A DNA stretch of 64,000 nt, from positions 256,001 to 320,000 of the forward strand of contig CAVRDX010000003.1 of assembly GCA_963719945.1 (NCBI GenBank), given 5' to 3'. The translations under genes were made by a program, and so were the position numbers. The notes below the pieces were generated by a model. That model searched no databases and was not told the origin of the DNA. It saw only the letters and a program-made list of their open reading frames with translations. Positions 19,489 through 30,105 of the stretch are shown in pieces (position 1 is the stretch's first letter; each line of letters opens with the position of its first letter). The DNA comes from an uncultured Thermoplasmata archaeon. Its GTDB lineage: Archaea; Thermoplasmatota; Thermoplasmata; UBA10834.

Positions 19489-20031
19489 TTGAAGATACTA
19501 GTCACAACCGGCATGCCTGGCTCCGGCAAAGAAGAATTCCTGAAGTGCTGCGCAGACAGAGGCGCGAAGGTCATCCGAATGGGCGATGTCGTGCGGGAGA
19601 AGGCAAAGGAGTTCGGCCTGGACCATTCTGACAAGAACCTGGGCGGACTCGCCAATGATGAGCGGAAGAAGTTTGGAATGGACATTTGGGCCAAGAGAGT
19701 CATCCCGCTCGTGGGCGGCGACCTTGTGGTCATCGACGGGACCAGAGGACCGGACGAGATCAAGGCGTTCAAGAACGCATTCGGCGCGAATCTCATGACT
19801 GTCGCAATACACACATCCCCAAAGACTCGTTTCGAGAGATTGAAAGCCAGGGCCCGTTCAGATTCTCCAACGAAACTGTCTGAGTTCGAGATACGGGACC
19901 GCCGAGAGCTCGAATGGGGATTGGGGGACGCGATCGCACTCGCTGACCACATGGTCATAAACGAGTCGACCCGCGAGGACCTCAAAGTGCAGGTCGACAA
20001 GCTCCTGGATGCTCTGCTGGCAAAGGGGTGA
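19489..20031 (+). CDS. UPF0200 nucleotide kinase / archaeal dephospho-CoA kinase-like
   Basis: GMPGSGK, MGDVVR, IDG, RFERL..R.R.D, RDRREL..G. Confidence 0.85.
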   Translation: MKILVTTGMPGSGKEEFLKCCADRGAKVIRMGDVVREKAKEFGLDHSDKNLGGLANDERKKFGMDIWAKRVIPLVGGDLVVIDGTRGPDEIKAFKNAFGANLMTVAIHTSPKTRFERLKARARSDSPTKLSEFEIRDRRELEWGLGDAIALADHMVINESTREDLKVQVDKLLDALLAKG

Positions 20032-20035
20032 ACCG

Positions 20036-20305
20036 CTGGAGTTTCTGGCCATCAAGCCCTGCAAGTTCGATGCCTACGAGGCAGTTCCAAAGATGAAATT
20101 GGATCTGGACCTCGATGTATGTGAGGCAAAGCTATCTCGGGCAGGCTACGAGATAGTTACCAACGCAGGTGTGATGCTGACGATGAGGAAGGATGGTTTG
20201 GAGATCACGGTGTACCCTCACGGCAGACTTCTGATGCATCCGATAAAGAACAGAGACGATGCAGAGGCTCAGGCGCGCAGTCTCTATAGTGTCATTGAAT
20301 TGTGA
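20036..20305 (+). CDS. Small conserved hypothetical protein (probable CTG start)
   Basis: KPC..AYE..., ITVYPHGRLL; GGTGA SD 4 nt before CTG. Confidence 0.65.
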   Translation: MEFLAIKPCKFDAYEAVPKMKLDLDLDVCEAKLSRAGYEIVTNAGVMLTMRKDGLEITVYPHGRLLMHPIKNRDDAEAQARSLYSVIEL

Positions 20306-20393
20306 CGTTCGGGCACACTTTGATACGGACATCCACGGTTTCACTTTAATATTATATCACGATTCTTGTGATGAAATCGCGAAGGTGATATGA

Positions 20394-21320
20394 GTGATAG
20401 AGCTTCATAATCTATCGAAATCGTTCGGGCCTATAAATGCCGTGAGCAACCTGACCCTGACGGTCGAGAAAGGCACTACCGTGGGGTTCCTTGGACCTAA
20501 CGGTGCTGGGAAGACCACAACGATCAAGATCCTCACGAACATGATCTCCGCGACGGATGGTCGAGCGCTCCTGAATGGCGTCGATGTGATCAGCCATCCC
20601 AAGGAAGCTCTGGCTCACGTCGGAGCAGTGGTGGAAACACCCGAATTCTATCCCTATCTGAACCCTGTGGAGACGCTCTCCTACCTGGGCCGCATCCGAG
20701 GCATGAAGTCGAGTGACATCAAGATAAGAACAAACGAGATCCTCGACATGGTCAAGCTATCCGAATGGCGTTCGACCCGCATAGGAAAATTCTCAAAGGG
20801 GATGAAACAAAGGTTGGCTATAGGACAGGCCCTTCTTCACGAACCGGACATACTCATACTCGACGAGCCGACGAGCGGACTAGATCCCCGCGGGATGGTC
20901 GAGGTCCGTGAGATAATACGCTCGCTCAAGAAGCAGAACTACACGATATTCATGAGCTCTCACCTCCTCGGAGAGGTCCAGGACACCTGCGATAGAGCTG
21001 CCCTGATAGATCATGGCAAGTTGTTGGTCTACGACTCGATAGATAATCTCAAGAATCTGAGCAAGGTCTCCAAGATCGAGGTCACCAGCATCGGTCCGAT
21101 CGAGGACGCGATGGTCGCCAAGATGCAATCGATGCCCAACATGAGGGCGATCGACCGGGTCAACCATTCCACTTTGGTGATGACATATGAGGGTTCGCTC
21201 GAGAGCAGGGCAGAACTCCTTTCCATGATACAGTCCCTCGGAATACGGGTGACTGGATTCAGTCCAGTCGGTCTTCCACTCGAGATGATGTATATGGATC
21301 TGGTCAAGGAGTCGAGGTGA
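20394..21320 (+). CDS. ABC-2 type transporter ATP-binding protein
   Basis: GPNGAGKTT, FSKGMKQR, LDEPT, SSH. Confidence 0.95.
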   Translation: MIELHNLSKSFGPINAVSNLTLTVEKGTTVGFLGPNGAGKTTTIKILTNMISATDGRALLNGVDVISHPKEALAHVGAVVETPEFYPYLNPVETLSYLGRIRGMKSSDIKIRTNEILDMVKLSEWRSTRIGKFSKGMKQRLAIGQALLHEPDILILDEPTSGLDPRGMVEVREIIRSLKKQNYTIFMSSHLLGEVQDTCDRAALIDHGKLLVYDSIDNLKNLSKVSKIEVTSIGPIEDAMVAKMQSMPNMRAIDRVNHSTLVMTYEGSLESRAELLSMIQSLGIRVTGFSPVGLPLEMMYMDLVKESR

Positions 21321-22165
21321 TTATGATGACGGAGGAACTCAAAGTGACACACGCGCTGCCATCCGACTCTGAGCAGATACCGGTGGTCTGGAGATACGAG
21401 CTGCTCAAGTACCTTAGGTCAAAGCGATTGGTCGCGTCGCTCGCGATCGTAGCGCTGATGGTATCGCTCCTCTACCTTCTACCGTTCGCCTTTGGAGATT
21501 CATATGAGGACACCTCATCCGAGGATTTCGCGACGACTTTCATGGGGTTCGCCAGCATACTGGTCATAATCTGCGCGACGTTTTTCGGAGCTGATTCGAT
21601 AGTCAGCGAATTCCAGAACAGGACGGGATACCTCATACTTCCCAATCCTATCAAGAGGTCGACTCTATTCTTGGGCAAGTTCGCAGCCAGCATTACTGCA
21701 GGCGTGATTGTCATAGGCTTATTCTATGTGTTGACTGCGATACTCTCATTGGTCTCTACTGGAGGCATCGACGCTGATTTCGGGCTATCTTTCGCGTTCT
21801 GCATAGAATACCTGTTGGCTGCGATGGCAATCGCCTATCTGATCGGGACCATTCTGAAGGGATCGACAGGTGCGATCGTGCTGACCTTCTTCCTGTTGTT
21901 CATGATCCTTCCAATAGTGGATGCGGTCTCGATGGTGTCGGACGTGGAGATAGATGGCTCACTGACATACGCGGCAGGCGTTATTTCGTACATCCTCGAG
22001 GATCCGTATCCCGTGGACATGCCGCCGCAGGATGTGGGTCAGGGCTTCATGATCAGCTCTTTCTATCCTGACCCTGGCATTGCAGCGATCGTCATGTTTG
22101 CCTATGCCATCGTGGCTCTGGCGGTCAGCATGGTGCTGTTCAAGAGGAAGCAGTTGGCGGGATAG
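21317..22165 (+). CDS. ABC-2 type transporter permease
   Basis: Six TM segments; SEFQNRTG..P..R..GKF motif; coupled to the ATPase. Confidence 0.9.
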   Translation: MIMMTEELKVTHALPSDSEQIPVVWRYELLKYLRSKRLVASLAIVALMVSLLYLLPFAFGDSYEDTSSEDFATTFMGFASILVIICATFFGADSIVSEFQNRTGYLILPNPIKRSTLFLGKFAASITAGVIVIGLFYVLTAILSLVSTGGIDADFGLSFAFCIEYLLAAMAIAYLIGTILKGSTGAIVLTFFLLFMILPIVDAVSMVSDVEIDGSLTYAAGVISYILEDPYPVDMPPQDVGQGFMISSFYPDPGIAAIVMFAYAIVALAVSMVLFKRKQLAG

Positions 22166-23339
22166 GCGGCGGTGGCGGTGGCACCTGACCTGGGGGAGAT
22201 CCCCAGTTCGCCCGCTGTTTCCTTGCAGCGGCGATGTCAACCACTCTCAGGAAGTCCTCTCTGGTTATGACACCGACCAGACTTCCTGACTCGTTCACGA
22301 CCGCCAATCGGTCGACTTTCTTCTCGCTCATCAGCTTCAGCGCGTCGACGGCAATAGTGCTCGGCGTGACAGTGATCGCTGGTGAGATCATCACATCCCT
22401 CACCCGGGCGAATGGAAAAGTCTGCATCGAGATCTTCTTGGTGTCTGCGAGAGTGACCATTCCCACGAGTCCTCTGTCGACGACCGGGAATCCTTTGTGA
22501 CGGGTATAGTACATCAGGTCGATGAGCTGCTGCACAGAAGTATCGGGGTGCACGACTTTGACATCGGTGGACATCAACCCCATCACATTCATGCCTTCGA
22601 GGCTATCGTTGATTATCGTCGCCTGCTCTTCGTCCCTTCCTGCGAAATAGATGAAGATCGCGATTGCGATCAGAATGATGTCGAAGCCCAGCCATATCGC
22701 GAACACTCCCATCGCGATCGCGCAGAATCTTCCGACTGCAGCTGCTTTCTTGGTTGCTTGAAGGTGCGACATCCTAGTAGCCAGCGCAGATCGCAGAACC
22801 CTTCCGCCATCCATCGGGAATGCTGGCAGTAGATTGAATGCTGCAAGGAATACGTTGTAGAACGCGATGAGGCCGAGCAATATCAGCGTGCCTTCGAGGA
22901 CTATCGAGTTGGATTCGATTAGTGCAAGAAGTTGCATCGACCCGTAGAAGACAAACCCCATGGCGAAACTGGACAGCGGCCCGGCAGCAGCCATCATCAA
23001 TTCCTGGCGTGGCTTCTTCGGAATCTCCTCCATCGTCGCGATCCCGCCGAATATCATCAGGGTTATGCTCCTGATCTTGACACCGTATCTCATCGCTACA
23101 TACGAATGGGCCAGTTCGTGGATGATGACTGTGATGAAGAAGATCACGGCTGCGACGGCGCTGAAAGCAACTCTTGTTCCCCAGTCGGTATCCAGCCCGC
23201 CAAATCCTAGGGTGATCCCTAATATCTCACTGCTGTTTTGATAGAACAAGAATACGATGAACGCGAGTATGATTATGAATGTCAGATGCAGCTTCATGGG
23301 TATGCCCATTATTCGTCCGATCGTGAGCGATGAATTCAT
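22140..23339 (-). CDS. Site-2 protease (M50) with CBS pair
   Basis: HELAH, FNLLPAFPMDGGR, two CBS domains. Confidence 0.94.
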   Translation of the reverse strand: MNSSLTIGRIMGIPMKLHLTFIIILAFIVFLFYQNSSEILGITLGFGGLDTDWGTRVAFSAVAAVIFFITVIIHELAHSYVAMRYGVKIRSITLMIFGGIATMEEIPKKPRQELMMAAAGPLSSFAMGFVFYGSMQLLALIESNSIVLEGTLILLGLIAFYNVFLAAFNLLPAFPMDGGRVLRSALATRMSHLQATKKAAAVGRFCAIAMGVFAIWLGFDIILIAIAIFIYFAGRDEEQATIINDSLEGMNVMGLMSTDVKVVHPDTSVQQLIDLMYYTRHKGFPVVDRGLVGMVTLADTKKISMQTFPFARVRDVMISPAITVTPSTIAVDALKLMSEKKVDRLAVVNESGSLVGVITREDFLRVVDIAAARKQRANWGSPPGQVPPPPPPIPPTASS

Positions 23340-23464
23340 CGAATCGTATTGTCCGTCTCCAGTATTTAATGCTTGGACGATTTCTTAGTCACTCTGGCAG
23401 CAATATTTTTCCGAAAAGGTCATATAAAAGCAATGCTACTGTCATTCAAAGGGATGGGTATTAC

Positions 23465-25193
23465 TTGCGCCGTTTGATGGCAACATGCTTGCTGGCCGTC
23501 ATTGTAGCATCTTTAATTGTGCCTGCTCATCTTATGATTTCCATCGAATCTGAGAGCGGCATGACGCCTTTGGTGGATGCTTCTTCCGAGTCATCTCCTC
23601 CCTTGAGCAGCATATCGTTCTCTCAATCGATTGACACATCTCAGATCGTTCTCGAGTATCCTCTCGTTTCGCGCGCGCTCATGCTTCCTGGTGGATCAGT
23701 TGATGTCACAATGGGTGATATCAATGGGGATGGATTGGATGATATCATTGCTGCAGTGTCCGATGAGATGATGATTTCAGTATTCTATGGTCAGATTGAT
23801 GGTGTCTATTCGAGCTACCCATCTTATAATATCTCGCTACTCAAGGAATCCCATTAGAATCGCATCATTGATTCATATGGGACTGGCACAAACCAACATT
23901 GTCGTGTTGGAGCGGAGAATTGGATTCGTTTGACACTGAGCATTTTGCCTTGTATAACCGAATATCTGATTTTTCATTCAATAGAGTTATAGACAGGACG
24001 GTCTATGAAAACGCGACAGATTTTGTTGTTGGTGAGTTCTCCGGAGATTCATACCCTGATATGGCATTCGCTGTGCTGGGCGATGCCGCAATCTCGAGCA
24101 GGTTCGATTGAGATACTGCAAGGGCCCAACCTATGCAGATTATCTCACGACTCTGACGGTGGTTATGGGTCAAATTCCATTGATGCAGGGGATTTCAATG
24201 ATGACGGGCTCCTAGATATTGCGCTATGCAATTTATTTGATTCCAATGTTATCATTTACTCAGCCTGATACAGTTGGATTCTCCTCTGACGCTTCATGCC
24301 GAGTAGTCAGGTTCTATCAACTCGATGGCTCATCCTATCGACTATGATTCGGGCAATCTCTAAATGGTGATTCGACTAGATGATTTGTTGTCGCGACCAA
24401 GGTGCCTCCTCTGATACGAATTTCTTCTTCCAGTCATACTGACCAGCTTCCTGTGACTGAAACATATGCCAGAAGCTTAATCTATTCGATTCCGAGCGCG
24501 TATCTCTCTTGGTGACATGAATGACGACTCTCGCGATGATATAATTCTGCTCAGTGAGGAGTCATGCGTCGCTATTGTGTTTCATTCAGATCGATCGTCG
24601 TATCCAGCTTGGGGCTGAAATACCCAGTCAATTATTTCCCGTAGGTGCGTATCCAACAAGCGCTTTTGTTGGCGAAATCGATGAACATCGATGGTCCTGA
24701 CCTTCTGATTTCTACATGCGGGATGATGGCTCAGGGTCCAGCATTGCGATATATTCGACTCGATTGCCAATCCTATTCGAAATAGCAACGCGACGATATG
24801 GACCGATGTGAACTACGAGGCAACTTTGCTTGCCACAGGCGACATAAATGGTGATGACCACGAGGATATCATTGCAGTCTACCCAGCGCTGAACTCGATC
24901 TGTTATCTTCTAAGCGCGGCAGGACCATCGAATTATTGGTCATCTGGGCTATTCTTCCGATGAGATTGCTGTAGTGGATATCGATGATGATGGATTCGAC
25001 GATATCATCACATCGAATAGAACTCATGATTATGTGGACGTATTATTCGGCCAAGCTTCTCTGCCTGGATCATTCACAGTCGTGCAGCTCGGTTGCGAAT
25101 CGAATGTTACTGACTTGGCGATTGGTGACATGAACTCATGACGGTTTTCCGGATATCATCGCTAGCACATCGAATGGCTCTATTTACATATTC
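23465..25193 (+). pseudogene. Frameshift-riddled 5' part of a giant FG-GAP/VCBS-repeat surface protein
   Basis: Signal-peptide-like start, then about 9 GDxNxDGxxD-type repeats spread over different frames, continuous with the 25194-28556 ORF. Confidence 0.75.
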
Positions 25194-28100
25194 ATGAGCA
25201 CAGGCACTGGACCGAATTTCGAGGAACCAATCGTTCTGTACCCGACCCCTGGAGTATCCATTGCATCGGTTGTAGTTGGGGACTTTGACTCTGATGGCCT
25301 CGATGACATCGCATATCCTCGCGCCGACCGGGCAATTGATATTCTGCTTCAACCCGAATCTGATTCGGAGTTCAGCCTTCCTGCGGATAGAACATTGACT
25401 GCGAGCACAGATCCTGATTTCACTTTCTTGTGGTCTGGGGATATCACTGGGGATGGACGTGACGACATCGTCGCGATGCGCCCATCAGACCCGAAAATGT
25501 ATCTGTTCGACCAAGATGATTTCATCACAGCACCTCATCCATACGCAACTCTGGATCTGCCAGAGGTTCCATCTTTCGTGACTGTGACGGATGTCACTGA
25601 TGATGGACATGCGGATGTCCTGGCGATATTCGATTCTGCTGATCTGGTATTCCTATACAGGCAGAGTGGAAGTTCCTTGCCATCATCGCCTTCAATGGTC
25701 TTCGTGACCGGTGCATATCCTGTCTGGGCTGGGCTCGGGGACGGTAATGATGATCATAGGGGCGATCTCCTGGTGGTCGATTCAGGTTCTCATAGTATCT
25801 CTGTCTGGATGCAGAACAACTTCGCTCCGACTGTCTACACCGGAGGTCCGTACACCACGGAACAGGGTGATTGGCATCAATTCAATGGCTCATGTATTAC
25901 TGGCGCCTCTGAACTTCCCTATATGGAATATAGATGGGAGTTCGGGGACGGTAGCGAATCGGATTGGTCGAGAGATTCTGCACCGCTCCATCGATACATG
26001 TCCCTCGGCAACTTCACCGTGAATGTGAGCGTCAGGGACCCTTGGGGGCTGACCGATTCGGACAGTACTTACATAGTCGTAATCGACAGTGTGCCGGATG
26101 TCGAATTCACCTGGTCTCCCTTGAATCCGATAGAAGGCCAAACGGTCGTGTTCGAGGATGCGACAGAGTCCTACGATGAATTGGTCCTGCTCAATTGGTC
26201 GGTGGACGGAGCGTTGTTCTCGACAGGCTTGGAGCACACATTATTGACATCGTTCGACGATGGCATTCACACGGTCCAGCTGACCGCCTTGGATTCCGAT
26301 GGCTCGATCGCATCGATATCACATACATTTGCGGTACAGGCGGCAGATCCCGAGATGCAGATCATCGCCCCGGGAACTGCAGATGAAGGAGACGCGGTCT
26401 CATTCTTGGTCATCATAGATTCATGGCATGGCGGGCCCATCGATCCAATATCCAGTTACGAATGGAATTTCTCATACACTGGTGAACCATTCGTGGCATC
26501 AGAGACGACAGGGACTTCGAACACCACTGACCATGTGTTCGGAGCTTCTGGGATATCTCAGATATATGTGGTCGCAGTGAAGGTCACGGATATCGATGGA
26601 GATCACAACATCTCCTACATCAATATCGAGATATTCGACATCGGTCCGACTGCCTTGTTCGAACTCTCGAATGCCGATCCCGAGGAAGGTATACCATTCG
26701 CGATAGTGGATGAGACTTACACCTACGACGGAATAACAACCTGGAGCTGGATGCTCACATATCCAGACAGCTCCACTGAGACATGGAATCTGGATCCGAG
26801 CGGCATGGAATCTCTGGAGTTCGTGCTCGGCAATGGTTCCTATTCAATGCGGTTGCAGGTCGCAGAGGCAGACGGAGATTCAAACGCGTTCATTCTAGAT
26901 TTCGAAGTGGCCGAGATACCGCCACTCATAACTCTGATCGCCAGACCCTTATCGTCTTCATATCTTGAATTCCAGACCATGACTCTGTCTGCCCAAGTGC
27001 AGAGCCACGATGAAATCACCGGGTATCAATGGGATTTCGTATCACTAGGTGCTCAATTCATCATGGATGTCTCGACCGATTCGAACGAGACGACTCATAG
27101 TTACAGCTGGGTAGGGAACTACACTGCCAAGGTGAATGTGACAGACGAAGATGGATCATATGCTGTTGCAGAGCTAGATATTGAGGTCGTCGATGCAGGA
27201 TTGTCTGCGACGTTCGAATCCGATGTGGATATCTTGCGGGAAGACATGAACCGGACCTACGAGCTCACTTTTGACGCATCATCTATCGCCACAAGATTCC
27301 CTGACATATCTCTGACGACATGGGAGTTCGGGGATGGCTCGAAGGAGATACTTCCAGGTCCACCATCTGAAACGATAACTCACGAATACGATCCTATCCA
27401 CGACTATGTCGTGAACCTCACGATATCCGATGACGATGGGAACACGCTCATCATCTCAAAAACGCTCCTACTCATCCAACCTTCCATCGAGCTGATCAAT
27501 CCCATCGACGACAATGTGATCCGCTCAGGATCACCGATACGGTTCATCATTGGTGATGACTCGCCACCATTGGTATCTGTTCAATATTCTGTCGATTCAC
27601 AGTCGTACATGGATTTCGAGACCATGTACTCCATAGACACTGCTGGTTGGACGGACGGCACATATTCGATCTGTGTGCGCGCAGAGGACAAGGATGGCAA
27701 CATCGCAGTGAAGGACGATGTCGAAATCAGAATCGATGACACATCCCCCTCGGTAGAGGTCCTATGGTCCGAGATATCTGCATACGGTGGCGACAAGGTC
27801 AACATATCCATACAGATCACCGACGAGAACATCGATCCTGATTCAGTCGTGTTGCTCATAAAGTATCCAGGTGACGATTCCACATCATCGTTATTGATGC
27901 GGCCAGGGCTAGATGGCAAATTTTATGTCCTTGTGGAGATGCCAAAGAGATCCGGGACTGTCGAGTTCTATGTCCATGTGGCTGATCTAGCAGGCAACGA
28001 GATGACGACCGAACCGGACTACTTCGAAGTGAAACTGCATTTCATCGATGCCGCATGGCCATATCTGCTGGTTGCCGCGATGATCGCAATGGTTGGAACG

Positions 28101-28556
28101 GGGTTCTATTTCCTTCGTGAATCCAAGATCGCGGTGGACGAGACATTCGTGATATACAATGACGGCAGGATGCTTGCTCACAGCACTCGTCGTCTCAAGC
28201 CTGGAATGGACGATCAGGTGCTGAGCAGCATGTTCGTTGCGATCCAGGACTTCATAAAGGATTCCTTCAAGGACGAGACATCATTCACACTCCGCAAACT
28301 CGATTTCGGAGACAAGTCCGTTCTCATCGAGAAAGGGGATCATCTGTTCCTCGCAGTAGTTCTCCACGGCAAGGCCTCGAAGAAGGTGGCCAGGAAGATG
28401 AAGGATGTCCTCGACGACATCGAGGATGAGTTCTCAACGGTGCTCATGAACTGGGATGGTGACTTGGACCAGGTACGGGGAGTCACGGACATGGTCAGTC
28501 GACTGTATTCGAAAGCCCCGACCATGCCATCGGGACTGAATAGAAAGGAGACATAG
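25194..28556 (+). CDS. Intact 3' part: FG-GAP repeats, multiple PKD/Ig-like domains, TM helix, cytoplasmic longin-like domain
   Basis: GDFDSDGLDD repeats, WEFGDGS PKD motifs, TM AAWPYLLVAAMIAMVGTGFYFL, tail ETFVIYNDGRMLAH...SMFVAIQDFIKDSF...WDGD. Confidence 0.8.
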   Translation: MSTGTGPNFEEPIVLYPTPGVSIASVVVGDFDSDGLDDIAYPRADRAIDILLQPESDSEFSLPADRTLTASTDPDFTFLWSGDITGDGRDDIVAMRPSDPKMYLFDQDDFITAPHPYATLDLPEVPSFVTVTDVTDDGHADVLAIFDSADLVFLYRQSGSSLPSSPSMVFVTGAYPVWAGLGDGNDDHRGDLLVVDSGSHSISVWMQNNFAPTVYTGGPYTTEQGDWHQFNGSCITGASELPYMEYRWEFGDGSESDWSRDSAPLHRYMSLGNFTVNVSVRDPWGLTDSDSTYIVVIDSVPDVEFTWSPLNPIEGQTVVFEDATESYDELVLLNWSVDGALFSTGLEHTLLTSFDDGIHTVQLTALDSDGSIASISHTFAVQAADPEMQIIAPGTADEGDAVSFLVIIDSWHGGPIDPISSYEWNFSYTGEPFVASETTGTSNTTDHVFGASGISQIYVVAVKVTDIDGDHNISYINIEIFDIGPTALFELSNADPEEGIPFAIVDETYTYDGITTWSWMLTYPDSSTETWNLDPSGMESLEFVLGNGSYSMRLQVAEADGDSNAFILDFEVAEIPPLITLIARPLSSSYLEFQTMTLSAQVQSHDEITGYQWDFVSLGAQFIMDVSTDSNETTHSYSWVGNYTAKVNVTDEDGSYAVAELDIEVVDAGLSATFESDVDILREDMNRTYELTFDASSIATRFPDISLTTWEFGDGSKEILPGPPSETITHEYDPIHDYVVNLTISDDDGNTLIISKTLLLIQPSIELINPIDDNVIRSGSPIRFIIGDDSPPLVSVQYSVDSQSYMDFETMYSIDTAGWTDGTYSICVRAEDKDGNIAVKDDVEIRIDDTSPSVEVLWSEISAYGGDKVNISIQITDENIDPDSVVLLIKYPGDDSTSSLLMRPGLDGKFYVLVEMPKRSGTVEFYVHVADLAGNEMTTEPDYFEVKLHFIDAAWPYLLVAAMIAMVGTGFYFLRESKIAVDETFVIYNDGRMLAHSTRRLKPGMDDQVLSSMFVAIQDFIKDSFKDETSFTLRKLDFGDKSVLIEKGDHLFLAVVLHGKASKKVARKMKDVLDDIEDEFSTVLMNWDGDLDQVRGVTDMVSRLYSKAPTMPSGLNRKET

Positions 28557-28564
28557 GTGATCGC

Positions 28565-29353
28565 TTGAGCATTCCTCTTCCTGATCTGCCCACCATCATC
28601 GGTGTGACGATATTCTGTACGTTCCTGGCGATAGTATCGTACAAGAAGAGGATATTCGATCTGTCAGGCTCGTTGTCTGCATTCCTGGTCGGGATGGTCA
28701 TTGGGTTATGCGGCAATGTGTTGTGGCTCGTGCTGCTCCTAGTATTTCTCATGACGAGCTTCGGGGCGACGAAGTACAGGTTCGAATGGAAGAAATCCGA
28801 AGGCTTCCAAGAGGGATCCAAGGGCGAGAGGAATTGGAGGAACATAGCTGCGAACGGTGCAATACCTACGATCATAGCGTTTGCGAGCTTCGTGTCTGAA
28901 TTCGCTAGCGGAGGTGACCCCTCAGCTAACTGGCTTCCTAAGGACATGGCGAGTTATCTCTTCGTATCGTCCATCGCAGTGGCCGCCTCGGATACGGCTG
29001 CGAGTGAGATCGGGATCATCGATCCGAGGGTCTTTTTGATAACGACCCTGAAGCGAACAAAGCGTGGTGTGGATGGAGGCGTGTCAGTGACTGGCCAGCT
29101 TATGGCATTCATCGCTGCAGCGTATACATCCGTCGTCGCATATGTGGTCTTCGCTGCCATAAATCAAGACCTTCTTGCTGGCCCACCGACTCTCTTCATA
29201 CCGATGCTATGTGGATTTCTCGGATGCCAGATCGACAGTGTGATCGGCGCAACATGGGAGACGAGGGGTCGGATAGGTAAGCTCGGGAATAATTTCACAT
29301 CGATCGCGATCGGCACGCTTATCGCACTGGCATTGGCGTTGGCCTCCGGTTAG
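28565..29353 (+). CDS. DUF92/TMEM19 family membrane protein
   Basis: R.WRNIAANG, ASDTAASEIG, G.DGGVS..G, DSVIGAT.E, NF. Confidence 0.9.
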   Translation: MSIPLPDLPTIIGVTIFCTFLAIVSYKKRIFDLSGSLSAFLVGMVIGLCGNVLWLVLLLVFLMTSFGATKYRFEWKKSEGFQEGSKGERNWRNIAANGAIPTIIAFASFVSEFASGGDPSANWLPKDMASYLFVSSIAVAASDTAASEIGIIDPRVFLITTLKRTKRGVDGGVSVTGQLMAFIAAAYTSVVAYVVFAAINQDLLAGPPTLFIPMLCGFLGCQIDSVIGATWETRGRIGKLGNNFTSIAIGTLIALALALASG

Positions 29354-30069
29354 CTCTTGGACATGACCACGGTGTACATCGGTCCTTCCTCTGGATAATA
29401 GAACATCTCGTCTATGGTCCATCCTGCACGGGCAGATATGGCTTTCATCTCTGCGGGAGTGGTGAGGAGCAGATCGTACCAAGCCCCCACCGCTTTACCG
29501 TACCTGAACCTTATCCTTACCTGCCCCGGAGGTTTTCCTCTCGCCCTGTTCTCCTCAAGATAGCTCAAATGGTCGGGCAAGGTAGTGTTCACAGGATCGA
29601 TGGATTCGGCTATGATGATTCCATCATCGCTTATGATCCTCCTCAGCCGAACCAACATCGCAGCGACCATATCCGGCGATCCACACAATCCGAAATTATT
29701 GCCTAGTGCTATGGCGGTATCGAAACGGTTGTCCGGGAAATCCAGATCACACGCGGACATCTTGAGCGCGGATTTGACTCCTCTCCCCCTCGCGATGGAG
29801 ATTGCGAGATCGGAGATATCGATACCTACTACATCGAGGCCTTTCTTCTGGAGATGCAAGGTCACCCTGCCGACTCCCATGCCGATATCGAGCACCCTCC
29901 CTTTCGCCTTCTCAAGCGCCTTCTTCTGGCGAGCGGGGAAATCGACGTATGATGTGAAGTACGACTCGAGACTATCGGTATCCACATAGCCATCCTCACG
30001 CTCGATCACCATCGGCTCGCGGTTGCCTGATATGTAACCCTTGTATGCCTCTCCGAACGGGTCCGCCAT
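29350..30069 (-). CDS. Class I SAM-dependent methyltransferase
   Basis: VLDIGMGVGR, GIDIS, FDT..LGNNFG. Confidence 0.9.
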   Translation of the reverse strand: MADPFGEAYKGYISGNREPMVIEREDGYVDTDSLESYFTSYVDFPARQKKALEKAKGRVLDIGMGVGRVTLHLQKKGLDVVGIDISDLAISIARGRGVKSALKMSACDLDFPDNRFDTAIALGNNFGLCGSPDMVAAMLVRLRRIISDDGIIIAESIDPVNTTLPDHLSYLEENRARGKPPGQVRIRFRYGKAVGAWYDLLLTTPAEMKAISARAGWTIDEMFYYPEEGPMYTVVMSKS

Positions 30070-30105
30070 GAGGTCGAGCTAAAGCGTTACATGAAATAAA
30101 GATTC

